From Candidatus Spongiisociaceae bacterium (GTDB lineage: Bacteria; Actinomycetota; Acidimicrobiia; Spongiisociales; Spongiisociaceae), in the NCBI GenBank assembly GCA_965219685.1, contig CBDCOH010000002.1:2624001-2688000 (forward strand): a stretch of 64,000 nt of DNA, written 5' to 3'. Numbering within the stretch: the first letter of the stretch is position 1; each line of letters opens with the position of its first letter. The notes beneath the pieces are model-generated. The model was not told the DNA's origin and ran no database searches. It saw nothing but the letters and a program-made list of their open reading frames with translations. Shown here one piece after another: positions 17,609 through 27,615 of this stretch. The translations under genes were made by a program, and so were the position numbers.

Positions 17609-19372
17609 CTACATACGCTCCGGGACCTCGATGCCCAATAGGTCCAGCAGTAGCTCAAGGGTGCGGCGGTTGGTTCGGACCAGCGCCAACCACGACGCCC
17701 TCCGCCGGGAATCGGCCTCGGTGAGTATGTGGCATGCCTCGTAGAACCGGCTGAAGTCGGAAGCCAACTCGTAGGCGTACTCGGCCAGATGGTTGGGCGC
17801 CCGCAACTCGACGGCCCGCCCGGTCACCTCCGGTAGTTGCAGCATCCGGAGCATCAGGCGCCGCTCCGCGTCGGCGGTGGGCGGCAGGACCGGACCGGGA
17901 ACGAGGTCTCGGCTCGCCGCCTTGTCGAGGATCGATCCCGTGCGTACCGCCGCCATCTGGAGATAGGGACCGGTCTTGCCCTCCAGGGAGGTGAACCGTC
18001 GGAGGTCGAAGACGTAGTTAGAGGTGCGGTTGTTGATCAGATCCCCGAACTTGAGAGCCGCTATACCCACCTGGCGGGCGATGGTGGAGCGCTTCTCCTC
18101 CGGGTAACCCGCCGCCAGATCCGACTCCTTCAGCCGGGCGGTCGCCGCCTCGGTCACCATCCCGATGAGGTCCTGCAGCCTCAGAACGCCCCCGGAGCGC
18201 GTCTTGAAAGGCGTCCCGTCGCGTGCGTTCATCGTGCCGAAGCGGATGTGCTCCAGGACGGCATCGCCGGCCGCCCCGGTCCGTCGAGCTGCCCTGAAGA
18301 CCTGCTCGAAATGGTAGGCCTGGCGTGCGTCCACCACGTAGAGGATCAGGTCGGCGTCAAGGTCGCCCACCCTCATTGCGATGGTGGCCAGATCGGTGGT
18401 TCCGTAGAGGAAGGCGCCGTGGGACGTCTCGAGGATCAGGGGGCTGACCTCGGTCTTGTCGTCGGGCTCGGCCACCTCGACGACCACCGCTCCTTCCGAG
18501 CGCAGCGCCACCCCCGCGGCGAGTGCATCGTCGACCATCGGGCGCAACCGGCGGCGGACCGTGCTCTCCCCGTACCACAGGTCGAACTCCACCCCCAGGT
18601 CGGCGAAGTCCCGTTCCTGGGACTCGCGGGACACGCTCACGAAGTGCTTCCACAGAGCCTCGTATCCCGCCCGGCCCGACTGCAGATCCCGGGTTGCCCG
18701 ACGCGCCTCCGTAGCTACATCCTCATCCGTTCCGACCCTGACGGCGATGGCCGGGTACCACTCCTGGAGGTCGGCTAGCGTGATCGGAGGCTGCACGGTA
18801 TATGGCCCCTCGAAACCCTCGTCGAGGTGAGGGAGGTCCGGAAGATGCTCCCGCGCAGCAACGATCAGCATCCCCATCTGGAGTCCCCAATCACCGAAGT
18901 GGGCATCCCCCAACACCCGATGCCCGGCGAAGCGGAACAGCCGCTTGAGGCTGTCCCCGATGATGGTGGCCCGCAGGTGGCCCACATGCATCGCCTTCGC
19001 AACGTTGGGCCCCGCATAGTCGACGACCACGTCGAGCGGGCCGGACACCGTCTTCACCCCCAACCGCGGGTCGTCGGCCATGGCGGCGACATACCCTGCG
19101 ATGGCCTGGTCCGTGAGGGTCAGGTTGATGAACCCGGGCCCGGCCAACGACAAATCTGCCAATCGGGAGTCGCCACTGATCTGCTCGACCACCGAAGTAG
19201 CAATCTCCCGCGGGTTGCGACGGGCCTGGCGAGCGGCAGCCAAGGCCCCGTTGCACTGGAACTGACCCAGATCAGGCCGGTTGGACACCACCACGGCACC
19301 GCAACTCGCGTCAATCCCGACGGCTTCGAAACCGCTCCCGACGAGACGGCTCAGGTCTGAGAGAACGCTCAT
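17609..19372 (-). CDS. argS: Arginine--tRNA ligase
   Basis: PNVAKAMHVGHLR, HFGDWGLQMG, FKTRSG, G.TGPYLQ, C-terminal ERM. Confidence 0.96.
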   Translation of the reverse strand: MSVLSDLSRLVGSGFEAVGIDASCGAVVVSNRPDLGQFQCNGALAAARQARRNPREIATSVVEQISGDSRLADLSLAGPGFINLTLTDQAIAGYVAAMADDPRLGVKTVSGPLDVVVDYAGPNVAKAMHVGHLRATIIGDSLKRLFRFAGHRVLGDAHFGDWGLQMGMLIVAAREHLPDLPHLDEGFEGPYTVQPPITLADLQEWYPAIAVRVGTDEDVATEARRATRDLQSGRAGYEALWKHFVSVSRESQERDFADLGVEFDLWYGESTVRRRLRPMVDDALAAGVALRSEGAVVVEVAEPDDKTEVSPLILETSHGAFLYGTTDLATIAMRVGDLDADLILYVVDARQAYHFEQVFRAARRTGAAGDAVLEHIRFGTMNARDGTPFKTRSGGVLRLQDLIGMVTEAATARLKESDLAAGYPEEKRSTIARQVGIAALKFGDLINNRTSNYVFDLRRFTSLEGKTGPYLQMAAVRTGSILDKAASRDLVPGPVLPPTADAERRLMLRMLQLPEVTGRAVELRAPNHLAEYAYELASDFSRFYEACHILTEADSRRRASWLALVRTNRRTLELLLDLLGIEVPERM

Positions 19373-19387
19373 GTGAGTGAAGGAGGA

Positions 19388-19420
19388 TAGTGGTTGGTGG
19401 ATGGTGACCACCAACCACCC
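19388..19420. repeat. Heptamer-derived perfect 11-bp inverted repeat between divergent argS and murA
   Basis: GTGGTTGGTGG (19390-19400), 7-nt loop, CCACCAACCAC (19408-19418). Confidence 0.8.
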
Positions 19421-19474
19421 GTCCAGCCAAATCACCGATAAACCCGCCAACCCCTACTACCCTAAAATCCCGTC

Positions 19475-20755
19475 ATGACTAGTTTCCTCGTGCGGGGGCC
19501 TACACGGCTGAGCGGCCACTTCGAGCCTGCGGGCAACAAGAACGCGACTCTTCCGATCGTCGCCGCCTGCCTTCTGACCGAGGAACCGGTCACCCTCCAC
19601 AACGTCCCGCAGATCGGCGATGTGGAATCGCTCCTCGCGATCCTGGAGGACATGGGGGCCAGGGTCGAGCGCCTGGCGCCGAGGACGATCCGGATCACCT
19701 GCAACGGGATCACGACGTCGAACATATCGGTGAAACGGGCAACCAAGATCCGGGCGTCCATCCTGCTGGCCGGGCCCGCGGTGGCCCGCTTCGGGGAAGT
19801 CGTCATCCCTCCTCCGGGCGGGGACGTGATCGGGCGAAGGCGCATCGACTCGCACGTTCATGGCCTTGAGGGCTTAGGCGCCGACTACCGGTTCGTCGAC
19901 GGACACCGTTTCCGGGCCGGGACTCTGAAGGGATCGGTGGTGTTCCTTGACGAGCCTTCGGTAACCGCCACCGAGAACCTGATCATGGCGGCGGTTCTCG
20001 CCGAGGGATCGACGACGATCGAGAACGCGGCCTGCGAACCGCATGTGCAGGACCTGTGCGGATTCCTCAACACGCTGGGCGCCCGCATCGCCGGAATCGG
20101 CAGCAACATCCTCCGGATCGAGGGCGTTGAACGGCTCACCGGCGGCAGCTACACCATCTGCCCGGACCACATCGAGGTGGGCAGCGCGATGGTTCTGGCC
20201 GCGGTCACCCGGTCGCCGATCACGATCGGGGGAGTGAGACCTGCCATGTTCAAGCCGATCGACCTTGCCTGGCAGCGCCTGGGAATCGACTACGAGTTCC
20301 TGCCGGACGACCGGGTTCGTATGTCCGACTCCCCCGCGTTGACGGTCCGGACCGACCTGGGAGGCGCCATTCCCAAGATAGAGGACGGTCCCTGGCCTTC
20401 GTTCCCCGCTGATCTGACCTCGATCGCGCTGGTGGCCGCAACCCAGGCCGACGGATCCATCATGATCCACGAGAAGATGTTCGAGTCGAGGATGTTCTTC
20501 GTGGACCGCCTCATAGCCATGGGCGCCCGGATAGTCCTGTGCGACCCGCACCGGGCGGTGGTGGTCGGACCCACCGCCCTCCAGCCGAGCGTGATGGCCA
20601 GCCCCGACATCCGGGCCGGCATGGCGCTGCTGATAGCTGCACTGGTGGCAGAAGGCGAAAGCAGGATCGACCACGCCGAGCAGATCGAACGAGGTTACGA
20701 AGCCATAGACCGCCGTCTCTGTGCCCTGGGAGCTGACATACAACGGCTCGACTGA
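19475..20755 (+). CDS. murA: UDP-N-acetylglucosamine 1-carboxyvinyltransferase
   Basis: GNKNATLP, RASILL, PGGDVIGRR, SVTATEN, PDIRAG, IERGYE. Confidence 0.96.
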   Translation: MTSFLVRGPTRLSGHFEPAGNKNATLPIVAACLLTEEPVTLHNVPQIGDVESLLAILEDMGARVERLAPRTIRITCNGITTSNISVKRATKIRASILLAGPAVARFGEVVIPPPGGDVIGRRRIDSHVHGLEGLGADYRFVDGHRFRAGTLKGSVVFLDEPSVTATENLIMAAVLAEGSTTIENAACEPHVQDLCGFLNTLGARIAGIGSNILRIEGVERLTGGSYTICPDHIEVGSAMVLAAVTRSPITIGGVRPAMFKPIDLAWQRLGIDYEFLPDDRVRMSDSPALTVRTDLGGAIPKIEDGPWPSFPADLTSIALVAATQADGSIMIHEKMFESRMFFVDRLIAMGARIVLCDPHRAVVVGPTALQPSVMASPDIRAGMALLIAALVAEGESRIDHAEQIERGYEAIDRRLCALGADIQRLD

Positions 20756-20778
20756 GCCCCTGCCGGGCCGGATCTCAC

Positions 20779-21561
20779 CTACTTCGAGCCGCGCTGATCC
20801 CAACTGAAGAACCGGGTGACGATCACCACCGCTAACACCAGCCAGGCGCCCATGATCAGCAGGTCCTCCCAACCCAGAACGCGCCCGGTGTGGCGCGGAT
20901 CGAAGGCAGCACCGAACGGAGCGGCGAAGTGTTTCAACGGGAAGATGTCTCCCAGGATCACCAGCCACCGCGGTGCGTCGTCCAGCGGGATGAAGATTCC
21001 GGAGATGAAGGTCATGGGCAAGAAGACGCCGTTGGCGACAGCAGGCGCCGCATCGGCGTTCCTTATGAGGGCGCAGACCGCGAGCCCCAGCGCCGAGAAG
21101 GTGGCGATGCCTATAACGAAGACCAGCACGGCCGGACCGATGTCGTCCCATATCATCCGGAAGCCGAAGGCCGCCCAGCCGATCACGAACATGAGCAGGA
21201 CGGAGAGGACTGCGATCCACACGCCGGACAGGATCGTTCCCGCCATGTAGATCCATGGCGGCAAGGGGGTTCCCTGCACGCGCTTCAGGATGCCCAACTC
21301 GCGCGCGTAGGCCGTCTTGATCACCAGGTTCGAGAAGGTCGACGACACCGCCGCGAACACGGCCATGGCCGGAGCGAAGAACTGGGAGAAGCTGTAGCCG
21401 CCTCCCACCTCCTCGCTACCGAAGATCACGCTGAACAGGACCAGGAAGATGACCGGCAGGGCCAGGGTGAAGAAGGCGGCGACGGGAGTCCTCCAGAACA
21501 GCCGGTTGGTGTTACGGGTCTGCAACCAGACCAGCGCGAGGGGGGAACTGCCTCCGCTCAA
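20779..21561 (-). CDS. ABC-2 type exporter permease
   Basis: About 6 TM segments; RELGILKRVQGTPL. Confidence 0.88.
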   Translation of the reverse strand: MSGGSSPLALVWLQTRNTNRLFWRTPVAAFFTLALPVIFLVLFSVIFGSEEVGGGYSFSQFFAPAMAVFAAVSSTFSNLVIKTAYARELGILKRVQGTPLPPWIYMAGTILSGVWIAVLSVLLMFVIGWAAFGFRMIWDDIGPAVLVFVIGIATFSALGLAVCALIRNADAAPAVANGVFLPMTFISGIFIPLDDAPRWLVILGDIFPLKHFAAPFGAAFDPRHTGRVLGWEDLLIMGAWLVLAVVIVTRFFSWDQRGSK

Positions 21562-22484
21562 ACCGGTTCCTCCTGCCGCCCCGCCTCACCGACGATCTCC
21601 AGGTACACATCCTCGAGGCTGGGTCTCGACACTTCAAGGCCGCCCAACTCCACACCCCGGCCGGTGGCCCAACCCGTGAGCCGGTAGAGGAGGGCGGTCG
21701 GGTCGACCGTCCGGTACGTCACGCCCGGTCCGGCCACCTCGGGTGTTTCGGCGAGGGAGGGCAGATCCCCCGGTTCGGGAACGCTGAACCGCACGGTGGT
21801 CACCGGTCGGGCGCCGCCCAGCGTCTCAGGGGTGCCTTCAGCCACGATCTTCCCTCTGTTGAGTACGACGATCCGATCCGCCAGGTGCTGGGCCTCATCG
21901 AGGTAGTGAGTCGTTAGCAGGATGGTCTTGCCGAGGTCGGTGAGCCCCTCGACCAGTTTCCAGGACTGGCGGCGCGCTGCCGGATCGAACCCGGTGGTGG
22001 GCTCGTCCAGGAAGATCAGATCGGGATCGCCTACCAGTCCCAGCGCGAGGTCGAGACGGCGACGCTGACCCCCCGACAAGGTCTTTATGCGGGCGTCCGC
22101 CTTCTCCTCCAACCCGACCAGGGAAATCAGTTCATCCCGTGGGCGCCGGCGTGTGTACGCGGCGCCGTAAAGGTCGATGGTCTCTCGGACGGTCAGCACG
22201 GTTTCGATGCCCGTCTCCTGGAGCACGATGCCTATCCGGTCGCGGAACTCCCGCCCTCCGTTGGCCGGGTCGTAACCGAGAACCTCGATCTCCCCCCTAT
22301 CAGCGCGCCGGTAACCCTCCAGTATCTCGACCGCGGTGGTCTTACCCGCTCCGTTGGGACCCAGGAGTGCGAGTACTTCACCTTCGCGTACGGAAAAACT
22401 CACACCGTCGAGCGCCACAACCGTTCCGTAACGTTTGGCCAGATCCTTGACCGTTACCGCGGGAGCCGCACCGTCCATCCTCAT
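21558..22484 (-). CDS. ABC exporter ATP-binding protein (DrrA-like)
   Basis: GPNGAGKTT, LSGGQRRR, LDEPTTG, LTTHY. Confidence 0.92.
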   Translation of the reverse strand: MRMDGAAPAVTVKDLAKRYGTVVALDGVSFSVREGEVLALLGPNGAGKTTAVEILEGYRRADRGEIEVLGYDPANGGREFRDRIGIVLQETGIETVLTVRETIDLYGAAYTRRRPRDELISLVGLEEKADARIKTLSGGQRRRLDLALGLVGDPDLIFLDEPTTGFDPAARRQSWKLVEGLTDLGKTILLTTHYLDEAQHLADRIVVLNRGKIVAEGTPETLGGARPVTTVRFSVPEPGDLPSLAETPEVAGPGVTYRTVDPTALLYRLTGWATGRGVELGGLEVSRPSLEDVYLEIVGEAGRQEEPV

Positions 22485-22564
22485 AGGGATGCTCCCCAAC
22501 TCTCCTTAGGAGTTAGGCCAGCCCCTCCGTTTTCTGAGCCTGACATCGGAACCCCTCCCAGTGG

Positions 22565-22629
22565 GTTTGTGTTGCAAACTAGTTTAGCACGAGATGGGTT
22601 TGTAACACAAACTAGCTTGTGGCACTAAC
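22565..22629. promoter_or_regulatory. Tandem TTG-N5-CAA palindromic operator array upstream of the ABC exporter
   Basis: GTTTG-TGTTG-CAAAC (22565), GTTTG-TAACA-CAAAC (22598), GCTTG-TGGCA-CTAAC (22615) and a degenerate copy at 22582; spacing 16-17 bp. Confidence 0.7.
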
Positions 22630-22680
22630 ACGCATGGGCCGCAAAGCAGCCCCTGCGCGAAGCTAGGCGAAAGACCGGAG

Positions 22681-22756
22681 TGGTGGCCAGGCCCGGCGTC
22701 GATCCGGGGACCTCTGCTTTTTCAGAGCAGCGCTCTACCGACTGAGCTACCTGGCC
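22681..22756 (-). tRNA. tRNA-Phe (GAA)
   Basis: GGCCAGG acceptor stem; anticodon arm CTGCT-CTGAAAA-AGCAG; encoded CCA. Confidence 0.95.
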
Positions 22757-22795
22757 GCATGGTTACGAGGGCCGACCCGCAACGGTCAGCCCTCC

Positions 22796-22873
22796 TGGCG
22801 GGGACGACGGGATTTGAACCCGCGACCTCCGGCTTGACAGGCCGGCGTGAACTCCAGACTTCACCACGCCCCC
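22796..22873 (-). tRNA. tRNA-Asp (GTC)
   Basis: Anticodon arm CCGGC-CTGTCAA-GCCGG; T-arm GCGGG-TTCAAAT-CCCGT; encoded CCA. Confidence 0.95.
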
Positions 22874-23099
22874 GTACCGCGCCCAGGCTACCCCGCTCCT
22901 GTAAGAGAGGCCAGAGAGACCAGGGCGGGAGCATCAGCAGTATAGGACAGTTCGAACCGGAAGAATGCAACGATCCCAACCGGAGGAAGGCAAGCGCCTC
23001 GAATCGGGAAGTGCCATGTTGACACACGGGCAGGGTCCGAATCCCGAGATCACCGGGTTCGCGTCCGGAGCGTCCCGGTCCTTTGGGCGTACAGCCCGT

Positions 23100-24122
23100 T
23101 CAGTCCAGCAGGGAGGCCAGGACCTCCAGCAGAACATCCACATCGGGGTCGTCAACATCGAGGTGGGTAACGATGCGACAGGAGCGCCGGTCCCGCCCGG
23201 ACATGATCACACCGGCCTCCGCGGCCAATTCGAGGAGACGGGGACCGGTGGGACCGGCCTCGTCGATCCGGAACACAACGATGTTGGTCTCGACGGGGAG
23301 AACCTCTTCGACCAACGACATCCCAGCCAGAGCCTCCCCGATCCGGGCCGCCCGGGCGTGGTCCTCCGCCAGCCGGTCCACATGATGATCCAGCGCGTAG
23401 AGTCCCATCGCAGCCAGTATTCCCGACTGGCGCATCGATCCGCCCCACTGCTGCTTCCAGCGCCACGCCTGGTCTATGAATCCGGCACTGCCCGCCAAGA
23501 CGGCCCCCACCGCAGCTCCCAGTCCCTTGGTCAGATCGATCCACACGCTGTCCATGTCGCGCGTGTACCGGTCCGCTGCGGTGCCTGTTGCCACGACCGC
23601 GTTCAGCAGGCGCGCACCGTCCATGTGGGTCGCCAAGCCGGCATCGTGGGCTACCCCGGCCACCTCGTCGATGAGTTCGACCGGCCAGATGGCGCCTCCG
23701 GCGAGGTTGGCGGTCTGCTCGATCGAGACGAGCCTCGAGCGGGGCATGTAGCGGGTCACCGGCCGGATGGCTTGACTGACCTGCGCGGCCGAGAAACGGC
23801 CGCGGTCACCTTCCAGCGCGTAGACCATGACGCCGGAGAGCATGGCCGGGCCTCCGGACTCGAAACCGACTATGTGGCTCGACCGGTCACAGATCACCTC
23901 GTCACTCGGATCCGTCAGGACCTTGATGGCGATCTCGTTGCACATCGAGCCGGAGGGCAGGAAGACCGCCGCCTCCTTCCCGAGCAGTTCTGCCACGCGC
24001 CTTTCCAAGCGAATGGTCGTCGGATCCTCGAAACGCTGCTCGTCACCCACTTCGGCGCCCATGACCGTGGCAAGCATCGCCCTCGTGGGTTTGGTCTGCG
24101 TGTCGGAGTAGAAGTTGTGCAT
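23100..24122 (-). CDS. ltaE: Low-specificity L-threonine aldolase
   Basis: SDTQTKPT, EDPT, HMDGARLLNA, TKGLGA, GGSMRQSG. Confidence 0.9.
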   Translation of the reverse strand: MHNFYSDTQTKPTRAMLATVMGAEVGDEQRFEDPTTIRLERRVAELLGKEAAVFLPSGSMCNEIAIKVLTDPSDEVICDRSSHIVGFESGGPAMLSGVMVYALEGDRGRFSAAQVSQAIRPVTRYMPRSRLVSIEQTANLAGGAIWPVELIDEVAGVAHDAGLATHMDGARLLNAVVATGTAADRYTRDMDSVWIDLTKGLGAAVGAVLAGSAGFIDQAWRWKQQWGGSMRQSGILAAMGLYALDHHVDRLAEDHARAARIGEALAGMSLVEEVLPVETNIVVFRIDEAGPTGPRLLELAAEAGVIMSGRDRRSCRIVTHLDVDDPDVDVLLEVLASLLD

Positions 24123-24135
24123 CAGTGCGGTCTCC

Positions 24136-25410
24136 TCATGCCCTGGCGACCACCTGCTCGCGCTCCGGACCGACCGACACCCAGCTGACCGGGATACCCA
24201 CTTGGTCCTCTATGAACTCGATATAGCGGCGGGCTTGGAGCGGCAACTCGCCGAAGTCCCGTGCCATCGTTATGTCATCGTGCCATCCCGGCAGCTCGGT
24301 GTAGAGCGGGCGGCAGTTGTACAGGACTCGCTGCTGGCGGGGAAACTCTGTGTAGGTGTCGCCGGCCGCCGTGTAGCCGGTGGCCACCTTGATCGTGTCG
24401 AATCCGGAGAGGATGTCGAGCTTGGTGATGAACAGTTCGGTCAGGGAGTTCACGCGCCGGGCATAACGGAGGGCCACTAGGTCGAGCCAACCACAGCGCC
24501 GCCGCCGACCCGTGACCGTGCCGAACTCGTGCCCCACCTCGACCATCCGGTCGCCGGCCTCATCGAAGAGTTCGGTTGGGAACGGGCCACTCCCGACTCT
24601 GGAGATGTAGGCCTTCGCAACCCCGACCACCCTGTCGATCGCCTTGGGACCTATCCCCGACCCTATCGCTGCTCCCCCTGCGGTGGGGTTCGAGGAGGTC
24701 ACGAACGGATACGTACCGTGGTCGATGTCGAGCAAGGTCCCCTGCGCACCCTCGAATAACACGGTCCTGTCGCGTTGCAGCGCATCCCAGATGAGATGAG
24801 AGGTGTCCTCGACGAGTGGCAGTAGGGAATCCGCAAATCCGAGATAATCCGAGACGATCCCTTCGGAGCCCATCGGAAGCTGGTTGTAGACGCGGGTGAG
24901 GATCTTGTTCTTCTCCGACAGAACCGCCTCCAGCTTGTCACGAAAGATGTCGGGATCGAACAGATCCTGAACGCGGATGCCGGAGCGCGCGTACTTGTCC
25001 GTGTAGGCAGGGCCGATACCCCGCTTGGTCGTACCGATCCGGTTGCGCCCCAGGTAGCGCTCCATAACCAGGTCCAGCTTGCGGTGATAAGGCATGATCA
25101 GATGGGCGTTGCCCGACACGCGCAGGCGGGAAGGATCGACACCTCTGTCCCGGAGCATGGCGATCTCCTCGAGAAGGACCTGGAGATCGATCACGACGCC
25201 CGAGGCGATCACCGGAACCACGCTCGGGTACATCACTCCTGATGGCACCAGCGAGAGGGCAAACCGCTCGGCGCCGATGACTATGGTGTGGCCCGCATTG
25301 TTGCCCCCCTGGTAGCGAACCACGTAGTCGGCCTGGCGGGCGAACAGGTCGGTTACCCGACCCTTGCCCTCGTCGCCCCACTGTGCGCCGACCACAACCG
25401 TCGCGGGCAT
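24136..25410 (-). CDS. purA: Adenylosuccinate synthetase
   Basis: QWGDEGKG, GGNNAGHT, FEGAQG, GTYPFVTSS, GTVTGRRRRCGW. Confidence 0.97.
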   Translation of the reverse strand: MPATVVVGAQWGDEGKGRVTDLFARQADYVVRYQGGNNAGHTIVIGAERFALSLVPSGVMYPSVVPVIASGVVIDLQVLLEEIAMLRDRGVDPSRLRVSGNAHLIMPYHRKLDLVMERYLGRNRIGTTKRGIGPAYTDKYARSGIRVQDLFDPDIFRDKLEAVLSEKNKILTRVYNQLPMGSEGIVSDYLGFADSLLPLVEDTSHLIWDALQRDRTVLFEGAQGTLLDIDHGTYPFVTSSNPTAGGAAIGSGIGPKAIDRVVGVAKAYISRVGSGPFPTELFDEAGDRMVEVGHEFGTVTGRRRRCGWLDLVALRYARRVNSLTELFITKLDILSGFDTIKVATGYTAAGDTYTEFPRQQRVLYNCRPLYTELPGWHDDITMARDFGELPLQARRYIEFIEDQVGIPVSWVSVGPEREQVVARA

Positions 25411-25618
25411 CGTCTACCCGCCCACCTCTGCCGCGAACCGGCCCGCGCCCGACCTCAAGGACCGCCGCCGAAGTCGATGATGCTCGCCATAACCTGCTTT
25501 CCCACCTTACAAGTAACCGGCCGGCCGGCCGGATAGGTGGGAGCATAGGTAGTGAGGAGCGGCAAGACACAACGATCGCCGCTCGATGAACCAACGCAGA
25601 CAGGCCCAGGAGAGATTC

Positions 25619-26803
25619 ATGTCCCGGATCCGAATCGACGCGGAAGAGAGACGCAGACGCATAGGAGTCCGGCACCACCTCCACCCACGTCACAAGGCGG
25701 TGTCGGTGCCGGAAGCGGCCCGGCACCAGGTGGGCCTCCACTCCAGCGACCCTGCCACCGTGTTCCTATCGGCGTGGGCCCGGGTAGCGGACCCGACGAT
25801 CACGGGCATCGAGAACTGCCTCTACAGCCCCCGCCCCTCCTTACATCGCGTGCTAGGGATGCGACGGACGTTGTTCGCGGTGCCGAGCGACCTCGTTCCG
25901 TTGCTCCACCACGGCTGCGCCCGGCGCCTCGCGCCCGCCGAGCGGAAGAGACTCATCGGTTACTTGCGGAAACAGAACATCGCCGGCCAAGCGGAACAGT
26001 GGCTGGATCGGGTGGCGGATGCCACCGTGGCCGCCATCGCCGAGCAGGGAGAGGCCGCGGCGATGGAGCTGCGCGAGCACGTGCCGGAACTACGCCTCAC
26101 CCTCACGTTCGGGGAAGGGAAGAAGTGGGGCGGCCGAGTCGGTGTCTCGACCCGGGTCCTCTTTCTGCTGGCGACGGAAGGACGGATCGTCCGCGGACGC
26201 CCCAGGGGATCATGGATCAGCGGCCAGTACCGATGGTCGGTGACCGAAGACCGCATACCGGGCGGAATACCTGATCTCGATGGTGTCGAAGCGCGTTCTC
26301 GACTGTTGAGACGGTGGTTGACCACCTACGGGCCAGGAACCGAGGCTGACCTGCGATGGTGGACGGGTTGGCCCCTGCGCGACGTCAGGAAGGCACTGGG
26401 ATCCCTGGACACCGTCGAGGTCGAGGTCGACAGCGGGCCGGCCCTCATGCTCGGCGGGGATCCGGCGGCCACCCCACCACAGGAGCCATGGGCCAACCTG
26501 CTCCCCTCCCTCGACTCGACGGTGATGGGCTGGCGCGACCGCGGTTGGTATCTCGGAACCCGTTCGAGGCAGTTGTTCGATCGAAACGGCAACGCCGGCC
26601 CGACAGTCTGGTGGAACGGGAGGGTCGTCGGAGGCTGGGCCCACACGGCGGGAGGCGCCGTCGCCTACCGGCTGCTCGAGGACATCGGCTCGGAGGGAGA
26701 AGCACTTGTAGGGGAATTGGCCTCCGAACTCGAGGAATGGATCGGGCCCATCCGGGTCACTCCCCGATTCCGCACACCCATCGAGAAGGAACTGACCAGC
26801 TAG
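25619..26803 (+). CDS. AlkZ/YcaQ (HTH_42) winged-helix DNA glycosylase-like protein
   Basis: LHSSDP..VFLSAWAR, MRRTLF, YGP.T..DL.WWTG, LLPSLD, GRVVGGW. Confidence 0.82.
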   Translation: MSRIRIDAEERRRRIGVRHHLHPRHKAVSVPEAARHQVGLHSSDPATVFLSAWARVADPTITGIENCLYSPRPSLHRVLGMRRTLFAVPSDLVPLLHHGCARRLAPAERKRLIGYLRKQNIAGQAEQWLDRVADATVAAIAEQGEAAAMELREHVPELRLTLTFGEGKKWGGRVGVSTRVLFLLATEGRIVRGRPRGSWISGQYRWSVTEDRIPGGIPDLDGVEARSRLLRRWLTTYGPGTEADLRWWTGWPLRDVRKALGSLDTVEVEVDSGPALMLGGDPAATPPQEPWANLLPSLDSTVMGWRDRGWYLGTRSRQLFDRNGNAGPTVWWNGRVVGGWAHTAGGAVAYRLLEDIGSEGEALVGELASELEEWIGPIRVTPRFRTPIEKELTS

Positions 26804-26890
26804 GTGGTGAATGGTGGATGGTGGATGGTGGATGGTGGATGGTGGATGGTGGATGGTGGATGGTGGAGTTCTACAAATCACCAATCGCCA
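26801..26890 (+). repeat. Heptamer microsatellite TAGGTGG-TGAATGG-(TGGATGG)7, then ATCACCA-ATCGCCA
   Basis: Directly visible; begins at the TAG stop. Confidence 0.92.
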
Positions 26891-26931
26891 AATCCCCCCG
26901 GACGGTGCCGCTCCTTGGGTAGCCTTCGCCC

Positions 26932-27615
26932 ATGCCCCGAATTCGTGCAGCCAGCATCGCAGAGCACAAGGTCATCACGCGGGCGCTCATCCTGGAGATG
27001 GCCCAAGAGTTGTTCGCTACCTGGGGATACCAGGACACATCCTTCGGAGACATCGCAGCGGCTGCGGGCGTCGGCCGCACAACCCTCTACGACTACTTCG
27101 CCGACAAGGACGACCTCCTGGCGTCACTGGTCGAAGAGACCCTGCCCCCGACAATCAAGGCGATGGTCGAGACGGTCCCCCAGAATCTCCCCCCCACCCA
27201 ACGTCTCCACCATCTGATGGCCAGCACCGTCGAGTTCGTCGCTCTGGAACCGACGCTGGGACAGCTGCTCCACCGGGACGTACCGAAGCTGTCGGAGTCG
27301 GCCCAGCAGCGGGTCGCCAACGCACACCAGGCCTTGGCACGAGAATTCGTCGACGCCTACCGCGCGGGTGTCGAAGCCGGAGCCCTGAAACAGCTTCCCC
27401 CCGGCCTTGCGGGCCGTTTCCTCAACGACATGATCATGTCGGCCGCCCAGCTGTTGATCGACTCGGACCACCCGGAGGAGTCCCTCTCGACCGTGACCGA
27501 CGCGATGAGCGACCTGATATTCAATGGCCTGGCCAGGCGGGAGCCGCTCCGGAAGGCCATGACAAATGCGGACACGTGTGGAAGACTGAGATCCGAGCGA
27601 ACCAATGGTCACTGA
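26932..27615 (+). CDS. TetR/AcrR-family regulator
   Basis: GYQDTSFGDIAAAAGVGRTTLYDYFADK HTH. Confidence 0.92.
   Translation: MPRIRAASIAEHKVITRALILEMAQELFATWGYQDTSFGDIAAAAGVGRTTLYDYFADKDDLLASLVEETLPPTIKAMVETVPQNLPPTQRLHHLMASTVEFVALEPTLGQLLHRDVPKLSESAQQRVANAHQALAREFVDAYRAGVEAGALKQLPPGLAGRFLNDMIMSAAQLLIDSDHPEESLSTVTDAMSDLIFNGLARREPLRKAMTNADTCGRLRSERTNGH

Noticed and set aside
22500-23100. tRNA-anchored genomic island
   Set aside because: No integrase and no duplicated tRNA 3' end was seen in the window.
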